Source of the DNA: a virus
Strand: one strand, 5' to 3'
DNA: 64,000 nucleotides
Virus record (IMG/VR): IMGVR_UViG_3300042546_000155
Made by a program: the position numbers and the translations under genes. A model generated the notes under the pieces. The model was not told the DNA's origin and made no database searches. It was given only the letters and a program-made list of their open reading frames with translations. This document shows, piece by piece, positions 10,465 through 20,534 of this stretch (the first letter of the stretch is position 1; every line of letters starts with the position of its first letter).

Positions 10465-11214
10465 TTAACCTACCAAGAAGGCAGGAGGCTGCTCATAAGT
10501 CGAACGAATTTCTAGTTCGATCTTTTCAATTTCTGCCGTGGCTTCATTGAAGATATCGACACCACGCATCATTACACCACCTGGCAACTGCATCTTGTCA
10601 AACTTGGACATATTCTGTCCCCATTGTTTCTTGACATACGCTGTGGCAAGTTTCTTGAGCATACGGTCGTTCCAAACTCTAGTGTAAGTTGTTGGGTCTG
10701 TAATTACGATACCTTCAACGATGATATATTCACCGGGTTGAATGTCATTCTTCCAGTCCCAATCGATATAGAGTTTGTTAGTGATACGATTGAAACGAAT
10801 AGGCTGCTGACCTGTGAAGATCATATTAAGTGTGGCAAGATGCTGCATTGTTAGAGCATAATTGACATATGATGTTGATGAAAGGTCCCAGAGGTCGTTA
10901 AGACGCAACTGGTACCTTAAATCAAACATGTTCATGGCGAGGTAAGAACCACCAACAGGAAACACACGAATAGCACCAATCAAACCATCAGATACAGGAA
11001 TGTATTGATTGTTTAGGTCTTGCTGTGTTATTTGATGCTTCACATACGATCTTTCAGTGCCATTGAAATGGAACTCATTCCAGAACTCAAATGCCAACTC
11101 AATGGCATCTTCGACCTGAACATCATCAACATTAACCTGAATGACAGGATATCCTAACTGTCTTAGGCAAAAGTCTTTTAGTTCTTCTTTATTTGCTGGC
11201 TGATTGATCGACAT
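10465..11214 (-). CDS. gp13: Neck protein
   Basis: LKDFCLRQLGYPVIQVNVDDVQVED...KQWGQNMSKF..MQLPGGV. Confidence 0.94.
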   Translation of the reverse strand: MSINQPANKEELKDFCLRQLGYPVIQVNVDDVQVEDAIELAFEFWNEFHFNGTERSYVKHQITQQDLNNQYIPVSDGLIGAIRVFPVGGSYLAMNMFDLRYQLRLNDLWDLSSTSYVNYALTMQHLATLNMIFTGQQPIRFNRITNKLYIDWDWKNDIQPGEYIIVEGIVITDPTTYTRVWNDRMLKKLATAYVKKQWGQNMSKFDKMQLPGGVMMRGVDIFNEATAEIEKIELEIRSTYEQPPAFLVG

Positions 11215-11232
11215 TTACCTCATCCGTGTCTT

Positions 11233-11412
11233 TTACTTATTAAGGACAGAACTCTCAGTGACATTCACATTTAGTTCCTGCACCTGTGAATCTGCTTGTT
11301 GACGAATAGCTAGAAATGTTTCCAATGTCTGTTCTAGGGGCATCTTAGATAGAGCCGTAAGAACATTGTTAATCATAGGAATTGTAAGTTCTAGTTTAAT
11401 TGTCTTTTCCAT
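11233..11412 (-). CDS. Small helical protein downstream of the giant fibre (59 aa; not in ORF track)
   Basis: My translation: MEKTIKLELTIPMINNVLTALSKMPLEQTLETFLAIRQQADSQVQELNVNVTESSVLNK*. GAGG SD; fills the intergenic gap. Confidence 0.7.
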   Translation of the reverse strand: MEKTIKLELTIPMINNVLTALSKMPLEQTLETFLAIRQQADSQVQELNVNVTESSVLNK

Positions 11413-11453
11413 AATATACCTCTTTAGTTAATGCCTGCTTGAAGCAGATGCAT

Positions 11454-14400
11454 TTATTTAACAGTATTTAGCATATCAACAATACGCTTTAGATTGTCTA
11501 TCTCGGTTTGCTGCTCCTTGATTGCTTCGATCAATAGAGGAACAAGTTTTTCATATTTAACTGTTAGATAGTTTTTGCCTGTTCTAGAAATCTTATTACC
11601 ATTTTCATCTGAGTCGCAATCAAAAGGTGCAATGTCAACAGCATCAGACATTACTTTTTCGACTTCCTGAGCCTTTAGTCCGTGTTCATGTTCTCTATAT
11701 GGAGCAAAGCCTAAAGACTTACACTTTTCTACTCTCCAATCGAAAGTATAACCAGAAATGCGCTTGATCTTATCAATAGCATTTGCGATAGGACTAAAGT
11801 TTTCTTTTAGTCTTTCGTCAGAAGCATAAGCGGTAATGTTTGCTCTACATGACAAATCGCCTGTTCTGGCGTTTAGCCACATAGCATTTTCCCATTGTGG
11901 AACAGTCTGACCAGAAACCGATGGACCAAAACCAATACCGAACCAAGAAGTAATCTTCAAGTTTGAAGTGGTAGAGGCGACACTATCACTAGTTGTACCA
12001 AAGATATAAGCACTTCCTTGTGCGCTGAAATTGACACCGGCTGTAGTAGAACCTGTAGTATTGCTTGAGTTTGGAACTGTTACGCTACCTGTGAAGTTAC
12101 CTGACCCAGAAACATCAAGTCTATGAGTTGCCCCAGGAAGTGTAGTGTCTGACTCACCATAACCTAGTCGAACGCTATGAGCAACTGTCAACTTACCGTC
12201 GGTTGAAAGGGCCATAGCACCCTGAGCGGCTGTATGCGCAGCGTCGCCCCACCAAAATCCTCTAGTAGCAGAATCATTCATTTGGAATGTCATAGCATAT
12301 TCGTTTTCGATCGGTCCGAAAGTAAATCCATTGGTCATGCCAATCGTATAATTACTATCACTCCAAACTCTAATTTTATCTCTACTGGTTGATGCTGGAC
12401 CAGTAAGAACTGTATATGTTAGAGGTCCGCTGAAAGCTGTTGCTGATACTGTACCATTAAAGGTATGTGTGCCACCTGGTGCTCCTAGTGTTAATCTATA
12501 AGTATTAACACCATCAGACCAACCACCAATTCTGAATATGTTGTCTATATCAAGACCAAGGTTGATAGCGTAGGCACCAGTTCTATGAAATGACATGACG
12601 GCGCTAACGAATTGTGTGCCTCTAACAGAAAATGAACCTGTATCATTAGAAACTGAGGTATTTGATGTATTGGCCGCCGCAGCATTGGTTCTTCCGGTAA
12701 TCAATCCGGTCATTGTTCCGCCAGCTAATGGAAGAGCATCTGTAATACCATAACCAGATAATGTAGTTGGTTTGCCTGTAACACCTGACCAAGGAATGGT
12801 ACAGTTTGTTAGTGTGCCAGATGATGGAGTACCAAGTGCAGGAGTTGTTAGTGTGGGGCTGGTTGATAAAACAACGCTACCTGATCCTGTGCTGGTTGTA
12901 GTACCCGTACCGCCGTTGGCAACAGCTAGAGTGCCAGAAACATGGGTCGTTAGACCAATCTTACCCCATGCAGGTGCTACGCCTACACCGCCTGAGATAA
13001 GAGCGTTACCTGTAGCAACATCGGCAAGTCTTGTCAATGCTGTAGTTGTTGAAGCATACAGAATATCACCAACGGCATATGATGCGTTTCCTGTACCGCC
13101 ATTAGCCGCAGCAAGCGTTCCCGTAACACCTGTAGTTAGTGGTAAACCGGTACAGTTTGTTAGTGTGCCAGATGCTGGTGTTCCGAGAGCAGCATTGGCA
13201 GTTAGAACTCGTTTCCAAGCACCGTAAGTTGATAGTGCTGATCCGCTACCTCTAATCCATAGATTATCGTTATCAGTGAAACCAAGTTGTCTTGTACCAC
13301 CACCAGATGCGTCAGCGTATTGCTGGAATGTCATAACACCATGGTAGGTGCCGCCATCATTTAGACCGTCGGTGGTATTTGTTTTAAAGTCAAATTGAAC
13401 ACGGGCCGCACCAAGGCTAGGTCCATCTACGGTGGCTCTTGTATCACGAGAAGTTATATAAAAGGCAGAGCCGGTAGTGTTCTGATTTAGAGTTGGAAAG
13501 GTACAGTTTGTTAAGTTTCCGCTTGATGGTGTTCCAAGTGCAGGAGTTGTTAGTGTGGGGCTGGTTGATAAAACAACGCTACCTGATCCTGTGCTGGTTG
13601 TAGTACCTGTACCGCCGTTGGCAACAGCTAGAGTGCCAGAAATATGAGTTGTTAGACCAATCTTACCCCAAGCTGGAGCAACACCAACACCACCAGAGAT
13701 AAGAGCGTTACCGGTAGCAACATCGGCAAGTCTCGACAATGCAGTAGTTGTTGAAGCAAAAAGAAGATCGCCAACGGCATATACTGTTTGACCGGTACCG
13801 CCATTAGCCGCAGCAAGCGTTCCCGTAACACCTGTAGTTAGTGGTAAACCGGTACAGTTTGTTAGTGTGCCAGAAGATGGTGTGCCTAGAGCGCCACCAT
13901 CTAGTAATACTCTACTCCATGCATTGCTACCCGAAGCATTGGTCGATCTATAATATAGACTATTTGAATAGAAGTCTGCCGCAAGTTGCATAGAATAATA
14001 ATTTGAACCATTACTATGCGTTGAGGCAATCAAATGATACCAAGATGAAGTTGTTACTGGCCAACCGTTAGCTGTTGTGGCATATGATGTTTGCCAGAAA
14101 CCAGAATTAATACGTGATGCAATACTTTGATTAGGAGCATCAGCACTTGACTGGGCGGCATTTAAAAATGTTGCAAAACCTGTAGTATTCTGATTTAGAG
14201 TTGGGAAGGTACAGTTTGTTAGTGTGCCAGATGATGGTGTTCCAAGGGCACCACCATTGGTGACGAATGCACCAGCAGAACCAACGGCTGTTGCAAGTGC
14301 AGTAGCAACACCTGTGCCAAGACCAGAAACACCAGATGAAATCGGAATAGATGCTGTAACACCAGATGCCGAGGTAATTCGACCATAAGCATCAACGGTG

Positions 14401-17400
14401 AATGATGGAATGGTTGCAGCGCCGCCATATGTGGTTGCTGTAACACCAGATGTGGCTAAATCTATGAATACTAATTCATTGCTTGATGCATCAACTGTTG
14501 TATTAGCCCAAATTCTTGATGTGCTATTACTTGATACAGAAGCAACTTTGGTATTTGACCAAGCATTAGATGAAGCGCCTACTCCTGTGACACCAATTTC
14601 AGTCAATGACCAAGAAACATCGGCGCCACCGTTAAATGTCTTACCAGTTGAACCAATAGTTAGTGTTCTAGCTGTAGTTAGAGTTGCAGCAGAACCGGTG
14701 GTGCTTTGATTGAATGTTGGCCAAGTAAATGTTCCAGTTGAGAAGTTACCGCTTGCGGGTGTGCCGAGAGCACCGCCGTTTGTTACGAATGAACCCGCAG
14801 TTCCTACAGCAACAGCAAGAGCAGTTGCAACACCGGTACCTAGACCAGACACACCGGTAGAAATAGGAATAGATGCAGTAACATTAGAAGATGAAGTTAT
14901 GCGACCATAAGCATCTACTGTATATGAAGGTATAGTTGCAACACCACCGTATGTGGTTGCTGTAACACCAGATGTTGCTAGATCAATAAACACCAATTCG
15001 TTGCTTGAGGCATCGGTAGTTGTATTGGCCCAAACTCTTGAAGTGCTGTTGCTTGAAACTACGGCAACTTTAGTATTAACATATGGATAAACTGTAGAAG
15101 CAAAGTTCTGAGAGTCGAGTGACTTACCAGCAATGACCGTAGATTCGACTGTATCAAATGCGGTAACAAGTGAAATCTGCCAATCTTCTCTCCATGCAGC
15201 CGCAGTTCCACCACTAAAACCTGCTTCGACTTCTGTAATGTAAACTTTTGGATAAGCCCAAGCTGTTGATGTCTCACCAATCCAGATACAGTCCGACGTA
15301 GCGTCTTGTCCGAAACGAACATTTAGTTCTGGTCCTGACTGAGTTTCTTGTGTAACAAATGTATTATACCATCCACCAACAACACTATAGTTATAACCAC
15401 CAAATTGTAATGTTGTTGATGTTCCTGTTACATAGTTGAAAATTTTTACAGTAACACGCAACATTGTGTTATTGTTATTTGCAGCGACAGGCATTTTAAT
15501 TTTAATAGCACCAGTAGCAGTCGCAGCGTTGTTCGAGAATGCACCACCGCCAGGGTTAGTTATTCTAACAGTACCAGCTACACCGTCATCATACACACCA
15601 CGAGTAGTCGAAACATATCCAAGAACACCAATGTTACCTGCTAGAACGACATTATTGTTTGATAGTTTGGTATTTGACCAAGCATTAGCAGATGCACCAA
15701 CAGTAATGGTGTAGTTGTTGCCAGCAGCACCAACGGCTACTGTGTATGAATTTCCTGATGTTCCAACTGTATTGGACCATGTATTGGATCTTGCTCCGAT
15801 TGTATTTGCCCAAGCGTTGGCAGATGTTCCGACAGTATTCGACCAAGCATTAGCAGATGCACCAACGGATAATGTATAGGAGTTGCCTGATGTACCAACT
15901 GAATTGGACCAAGCATTGGATGCCGCTCCAACTGATACTGTATAATTATTACCTGATGTACCAACTGTGTTTGCCCATCCATTGGCACCGACAGCATTGT
16001 TCCGAATAGTTATGATAGCATTAGCACCACCAAGGATCAGGTTGCTTGTTCTGATATCAGAGTTCAGAACGGCATTGACCATATTGTTTGCATACGGAAC
16101 AATATCGTTTACTAATGATGGTTCTCCAGACAATCCACTGAATAGGAAATATTCTTTGGAAGCATGGTCTCTATACAATCCAGTATGAACATTAGATGTT
16201 CCGTTGCTATAGTGTCCAACAAAACCAATATCAACAATATCAGAAATGTTATTTGTTGCTAGAAAAATTAGAGAATCTTCAACAGAAAGACTATCTGTTG
16301 TGATAGTTGTTGCATTACCAGATATTATTAGATTGCCTGTAACTTGTAAGTCACCGGTAATTGTGCCACCAGATTTCTTAAAGTAGGTTGAATCTGAATA
16401 TATGTTTACTGAATTGGCCCAAGCATTGCTTGATGCACCAACAGTAATGGTGTAGTTGTTACCAGCAGTACCGACAGAAATGGTATAGTTATTACCTGAG
16501 GTGCCGACTGTATTAGCCCAAGTATTTGATCTTGCGCCAATTGTGTTGGCCCATGCATTTGCGGCTGCACCAACTGCTACTGTATATGAGTTACCGGCTG
16601 CACCAACTGCTACTGTATATGAGTTACCGGCTGTACCAACAGTATTTGACCAAGCGTTTGTTACTGCTCCTACGGATACAGTATAAGCATTACCGGCTGT
16701 ACCAACTGCTACTGTATATGAGTTACCTGAGGTACCAACAATGTTAGCCCAAGCATTTGAACTTGCACTGATTGTATTGGCCCAAGCATTAGCTGCCGCA
16801 CCAGTTGCAATAGTATAGTTGTTGCCGGCTGCATTAACAGCAAGCATGTATGTATTACCTGACGAACCTACCGTATTAGCCCAAGCATTACTTGAAGCTC
16901 CGACTGCTACTGTATAAGCATTACCTGATGCATTAACGGCAAGCATATATGTATTACCGGATGAACCTACTGTTGTGGCGACTGATAATGCATAAGCATT
17001 TGCGGCTGCTCCAACTGCTACAGTGTATGAGTTACCTGAGGCTCCAACTGCTACTGTGTAAGCATTACCGGCTGCACCAACTGCAACAGTATAAGCATTA
17101 CCTGCGGCATTAACGGCAAGCATGTAAGTATTACCTGACGAACCTACTGTATTAGCCCAAGCATTTGAACTTGCACTGATTGTATTGGCCCATGCATTTG
17201 ATGATGCACCAACGGCTGTTGAATAAGCATTACCGGCTGTACCAACTGCTACAGTATAAGCATTACCGGCTGATCCGATTACAACTGAGTAAGCATTACC
17301 AGCAGCACCAACAGAAATGGTATAGTTATTACCGGCGGCCCCGACTGTATTAGCCCATGTGTTTCCTGCTGTTCCAACTGCTACAGTATAAGAGTTACCT

Positions 17401-18290
17401 GATGATCCAACCGATGTAGCTGTTGATAAAGCATAAGCGTTACCGGCTTGTCCGACTTGTGTAGCTGTTGATAAAGCATAAGCGTTACCGGCTTGTCCGA
17501 CTTGTGTAGCTACTGATAATGCATAAGCATTGGCAGATGATCCAACTGTATTGGACCATGTATATGATCTTGCGCCGATTGTGTTAGCCCAGTTATTACC
17601 TGCAACACCAACAGCAACAGTATATGCATTACCAGCAGCACCAACGGCATCGGTGTAATTATTACCTGCAACACCAACAGCAATCGTATAGTTATTACCG
17701 GCTGCGGCAACTGTAATGACATAAGCATTAGCACCAGCACCCGTATCTGTAATTCTATTATTTGCTAATTCAAAAAGATATCCGGAGTAAGCATTAGCGC
17801 CTATTCCTGTATCATACGCCAGAACATTTGCAGCATTCGCTTTATCGAATGCAGCATTGGCATTATCATAGGCGGCCGCCACATAGAGAACATCATTTGA
17901 AAGATTAGCACGATCAAATGCTGCTTGTGTTAAAGTAAGAGTGGTGTTAGTGCTATCAAATGCTGCCGAAGCAAGATCAATAGCAGGTGTCAGATTTGCA
18001 GAGATTGTAATTGCATCTGTGAGTGCCGAACTAGTAATCTCAATATTCTGTCCTTGATTAAAGGTAAGAATATCATTTGGGATATCTGCAATTACCAGTG
18101 TGCCGGCTGCATTGATGGTTCCGAAGTTGAAACCACCTTCACCACCAGAGATAGACTGAATGTTGCCGTTAATGTCCTTATAGTAAATAAGACCATCGGC
18201 ATAGTTAATAGCAATTTCACCATTAGCTAGATCAGCCGGTGAAGATCCTGGAATAGATGATTTCTTTAGAGCAATTACTGTGTTGGTCAT
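11454..18290 (-). CDS. Giant mosaic tail fibre (2278 aa) with C-terminal peptidase S74 chaperone
   Basis: N-terminus IALKKS..PG..P..LANGEIAINYADG; 11-aa repeats; knob-like domains; AYASDERLKEN...GLKAQEV...YEKLVPLLIEAIKE. Confidence 0.85.
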   Translation of the reverse strand: MTNTVIALKKSSIPGSSPADLANGEIAINYADGLIYYKDINGNIQSISGGEGGFNFGTINAAGTLVIADIPNDILTFNQGQNIEITSSALTDAITISANLTPAIDLASAAFDSTNTTLTLTQAAFDRANLSNDVLYVAAAYDNANAAFDKANAANVLAYDTGIGANAYSGYLFELANNRITDTGAGANAYVITVAAAGNNYTIAVGVAGNNYTDAVGAAGNAYTVAVGVAGNNWANTIGARSYTWSNTVGSSANAYALSVATQVGQAGNAYALSTATQVGQAGNAYALSTATSVGSSGNSYTVAVGTAGNTWANTVGAAGNNYTISVGAAGNAYSVVIGSAGNAYTVAVGTAGNAYSTAVGASSNAWANTISASSNAWANTVGSSGNTYMLAVNAAGNAYTVAVGAAGNAYTVAVGASGNSYTVAVGAAANAYALSVATTVGSSGNTYMLAVNASGNAYTVAVGASSNAWANTVGSSGNTYMLAVNAAGNNYTIATGAAANAWANTISASSNAWANIVGTSGNSYTVAVGTAGNAYTVSVGAVTNAWSNTVGTAGNSYTVAVGAAGNSYTVAVGAAANAWANTIGARSNTWANTVGTSGNNYTISVGTAGNNYTITVGASSNAWANSVNIYSDSTYFKKSGGTITGDLQVTGNLIISGNATTITTDSLSVEDSLIFLATNNISDIVDIGFVGHYSNGTSNVHTGLYRDHASKEYFLFSGLSGEPSLVNDIVPYANNMVNAVLNSDIRTSNLILGGANAIITIRNNAVGANGWANTVGTSGNNYTVSVGAASNAWSNSVGTSGNSYTLSVGASANAWSNTVGTSANAWANTIGARSNTWSNTVGTSGNSYTVAVGAAGNNYTITVGASANAWSNTKLSNNNVVLAGNIGVLGYVSTTRGVYDDGVAGTVRITNPGGGAFSNNAATATGAIKIKMPVAANNNNTMLRVTVKIFNYVTGTSTTLQFGGYNYSVVGGWYNTFVTQETQSGPELNVRFGQDATSDCIWIGETSTAWAYPKVYITEVEAGFSGGTAAAWREDWQISLVTAFDTVESTVIAGKSLDSQNFASTVYPYVNTKVAVVSSNSTSRVWANTTTDASSNELVFIDLATSGVTATTYGGVATIPSYTVDAYGRITSSSNVTASIPISTGVSGLGTGVATALAVAVGTAGSFVTNGGALGTPASGNFSTGTFTWPTFNQSTTGSAATLTTARTLTIGSTGKTFNGGADVSWSLTEIGVTGVGASSNAWSNTKVASVSSNSTSRIWANTTVDASSNELVFIDLATSGVTATTYGGAATIPSFTVDAYGRITSASGVTASIPISSGVSGLGTGVATALATAVGSAGAFVTNGGALGTPSSGTLTNCTFPTLNQNTTGFATFLNAAQSSADAPNQSIASRINSGFWQTSYATTANGWPVTTSSWYHLIASTHSNGSNYYSMQLAADFYSNSLYYRSTNASGSNAWSRVLLDGGALGTPSSGTLTNCTGLPLTTGVTGTLAAANGGTGQTVYAVGDLLFASTTTALSRLADVATGNALISGGVGVAPAWGKIGLTTHISGTLAVANGGTGTTTSTGSGSVVLSTSPTLTTPALGTPSSGNLTNCTFPTLNQNTTGSAFYITSRDTRATVDGPSLGAARVQFDFKTNTTDGLNDGGTYHGVMTFQQYADASGGGTRQLGFTDNDNLWIRGSGSALSTYGAWKRVLTANAALGTPASGTLTNCTGLPLTTGVTGTLAAANGGTGNASYAVGDILYASTTTALTRLADVATGNALISGGVGVAPAWGKIGLTTHVSGTLAVANGGTGTTTSTGSGSVVLSTSPTLTTPALGTPSSGTLTNCTIPWSGVTGKPTTLSGYGITDALPLAGGTMTGLITGRTNAAAANTSNTSVSNDTGSFSVRGTQFVSAVMSFHRTGAYAINLGLDIDNIFRIGGWSDGVNTYRLTLGAPGGTHTFNGTVSATAFSGPLTYTVLTGPASTSRDKIRVWSDSNYTIGMTNGFTFGPIENEYAMTFQMNDSATRGFWWGDAAHTAAQGAMALSTDGKLTVAHSVRLGYGESDTTLPGATHRLDVSGSGNFTGSVTVPNSSNTTGSTTAGVNFSAQGSAYIFGTTSDSVASTTSNLKITSWFGIGFGPSVSGQTVPQWENAMWLNARTGDLSCRANITAYASDERLKENFSPIANAIDKIKRISGYTFDWRVEKCKSLGFAPYREHEHGLKAQEVEKVMSDAVDIAPFDCDSDENGNKISRTGKNYLTVKYEKLVPLLIEAIKEQQTEIDNLKRIVDMLNTVK
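12799..13880. repeat. ~370-bp near-identical direct repeat pair (offset 702 bp) inside the giant fibre gene
   Basis: GGAGTTGTTAGTGTGGGGCTGG at 12841 and 13543; CCATTAGCCGCAGCAAGCGTTCCCG at 13099 and 13801. Confidence 0.9.
15670..17820 (-). repeat. Coding 33-bp (11-aa) degenerate tandem repeats with an exact 45-bp duplication at 17415-17511
   Basis: VGAAGNAYTVA-type units, interrupted once by a GGTITGDL connector domain; ALSTATQVGQAGNAY repeated at 45-bp period. Confidence 0.9.
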
Positions 18291-18829
18291 TAAAAGTCGT
18301 CTGTCTTATCTTCCTGTTCCACAAAGGGCATTTCTATAATCTTTGTATTTATGTTCTTTTTAGACGGCTGTTTTTTGGGCTGAGGTGTTAACTTAATGAG
18401 TTGCTTATCTTTTGCTTGTAACTCATTCTTAACACTCGTTAGTTCATTGTTGGCTGTTTCTAGTTGTTGTTTCATAGATTCTACTAGAGAATTGAGTCTA
18501 TCAATATCTCTATTCTTATCAACAAACTGATTTCTTAGATCATTATATTGATTAGTCAAGGTGTCCATATGACTCACCTTGTTTTTCATGGCATTGTATT
18601 CTTGTTCCCATTTTGTTGCATTTTCAGTTGCTTTTGAAAACTCTTGCTGATTTTTACTAGCATTTGTAAGTTCTTCTTTCAAAGTGGAAATGACCCCATC
18701 TTTTTCGGCGATGAGGTCACTAGCCAACTTTGCTTGCGTTTTCAACTGTAGAATAGTATTGATTTGATCATGTAATGTTGAAACTGTAATATCAACATAA
18801 GTATTCATAAACTTGTTAGCATCACTCAT
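18290..18829 (-). CDS. Coiled-coil protein (179 aa)
   Basis: Continuous heptad pattern; GGAG SD; contains CATAAATA (18346-18353), which could drive the downstream fibre gene. Confidence 0.7.
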   Translation of the reverse strand: MSDANKFMNTYVDITVSTLHDQINTILQLKTQAKLASDLIAEKDGVISTLKEELTNASKNQQEFSKATENATKWEQEYNAMKNKVSHMDTLTNQYNDLRNQFVDKNRDIDRLNSLVESMKQQLETANNELTSVKNELQAKDKQLIKLTPQPKKQPSKKNINTKIIEMPFVEQEDKTDDF

Positions 18830-18848
18830 AATAAAGTCTCCGTGTTAG

Positions 18849-19928
18849 TTAGAATGTTCCCCCATCTAGCATACCAAACGCTGGAACACCAAATGCATCG
18901 GCCTGTAGAACTTGTCCTTCAGTACCGGCAGAAGTAACCTGTAGAGAACCTGCATTGTTTCCGAATAGGATACCATTAGTTGTAAATAGATTCTTTCCGG
19001 TACCACCGTATGGAACAGTGATTGTGTCTGCATTCCATGTACCAGAAGTTAGAGTACCAACACCGGTGATTCCTGAGTATGTTCCCGAAACTCTTGCAGA
19101 TGCAATGATACCAGATACTAGATTTGCTGCATCAGAGAATGTCTGGAAGATTTTTGTGTTGACTGCATTGGTGTAAGCATTACCGGCTGTACCGACTGCT
19201 ACAGTATAAGCATTACCAGCAGCACCAACGGCATCAGTGTAATTATTACCTGCAACACCAACGGCCTGTGCATAAGCATTGGCACTGGCTGCTACGCTGT
19301 TAACAAATGTGTTAGAAGCAATTTGGTGATATGTCGAACCATCATTAGTGAATGTCCAAACTGTCTGAGACTCGTCCCAAAGAATTGCGACATCGTTCTG
19401 ATTACCACGATTAACTTCCATACCAGCATTTTCAGATGGTGAAGCACCTGCTGGAAGATCGGCATTTAGAACGAAGATGTTATCGCCAACATTCAATGTC
19501 TGAGTATTGGCATAAGTTGTAACACCTGAAATTGTTAGGTTACCAGAAACGACAACATCACCTGAAATGGTGCCGCCTGTCTTGGCATAGAATGTATCAG
19601 TTGCATATGTGTTAGCAGATGCACCAACAAATTCGGCGTAAGCATTACCTGAGGTACCAACTGTGTTAGCCCATGCATTACCAGAGGCTGCAACTGTGCC
19701 TAGCCATGCATTGGCAGCACTAGCCACCGAGTTTGCATGTTCAAAGGCAGCTATTGTGTGGTTTACCCAATAGGTACCACCGATTTCATTAACGCTTAGA
19801 CCATTTGCTGTGCCGATAAAGAGTCTATCGGAAGCGTAGGAATACGCTAGTTCTGCGGCAGAGAGCGAACCACCTGGTGGGGTGGTCGTCCCTGTTGATC
19901 GTTTAATCTGAATTACTGTATTGCTCAT
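18849..19928 (-). CDS. Short fibre protein paralogous to the giant fibres
   Basis: IQIKRSTG..P..L..AELAYS N-terminus; hendecad repeats; GGTISGDV...VGDNIFVLN...AGMEVNRG connector; ends LDGGTF. Confidence 0.75.
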   Translation of the reverse strand: MSNTVIQIKRSTGTTTPPGGSLSAAELAYSYASDRLFIGTANGLSVNEIGGTYWVNHTIAAFEHANSVASAANAWLGTVAASGNAWANTVGTSGNAYAEFVGASANTYATDTFYAKTGGTISGDVVVSGNLTISGVTTYANTQTLNVGDNIFVLNADLPAGASPSENAGMEVNRGNQNDVAILWDESQTVWTFTNDGSTYHQIASNTFVNSVAASANAYAQAVGVAGNNYTDAVGAAGNAYTVAVGTAGNAYTNAVNTKIFQTFSDAANLVSGIIASARVSGTYSGITGVGTLTSGTWNADTITVPYGGTGKNLFTTNGILFGNNAGSLQVTSAGTEGQVLQADAFGVPAFGMLDGGTF

Positions 19929-20161
19929 TAGAAGGTTCCTCCGTTTACGATGGGCAATTCTCTAACTACAAATTTGTCACTCGCCTCATCATAAACAATA
20001 GTTTCGTTGTTATTCAAGCTGGTAGCATCAACATCATTCAATTGTCTCAAATTTTCTTTAAGGTTTTGTTTACCTGACAATCCTACAGATTTAATATTTG
20101 ACTGTTGCTGTATGTTGATAGAAATTCTATTCTTGGGTTGTGTTCTAACAATGATTGACAT
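19928..20161 (-). CDS. Small virion protein (77 aa)
   Basis: LRQLNDVD...ETIVYD...NGGTF; same GGTF terminus as its neighbour; coupled start/stop. Confidence 0.65.
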   Translation of the reverse strand: MSIIVRTQPKNRISINIQQQSNIKSVGLSGKQNLKENLRQLNDVDATSLNNNETIVYDEASDKFVVRELPIVNGGTF

Positions 20162-20168
20162 TTTAGTC

Positions 20169-20513
20169 CTATCGAGTTATGCCATGTGTTACGAAAATCA
20201 CACCCTCTATTAGTCTCGTTGTTTCGTTTTGCGCTCTAGGGTTAACAACTTTAACATCAAAGAAATAGTTACCGGGTCTTAGATTAGCGGTATTCGCTGC
20301 CGTCATTGACAGTGATAGTTCGCCATTTGATCCATCTAATACTGAGCAAGTTAGATTGGCAGAGGCGTTTACGGACAGTAAAGAGCGTCTTAACTGACTT
20401 GTTATAACATACCCAGAAGTGTTCTGTGGCATATTCGTATTGTCATCATTTAATTCAATTACTACATTGAAATCCGCACCTCTGTCTATGTAAAGTTCTG
20501 CGTATTCTGCCAT
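20169..20513 (-). CDS. Fibre adaptor / BppU-like structural protein
   Basis: ELYIDRGADF...SQLRRS...GELSLSMTAANTANL..GNYFFDV...TRLIEG..VTHGITR pattern typical of T4-like structural clusters. Confidence 0.65.
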   Translation of the reverse strand: MAEYAELYIDRGADFNVVIELNDDNTNMPQNTSGYVITSQLRRSLLSVNASANLTCSVLDGSNGELSLSMTAANTANLRPGNYFFDVKVVNPRAQNETTRLIEGVIFVTHGITR

Positions 20514-20534
20514 TTACTTTCCTATTTATTCCTC

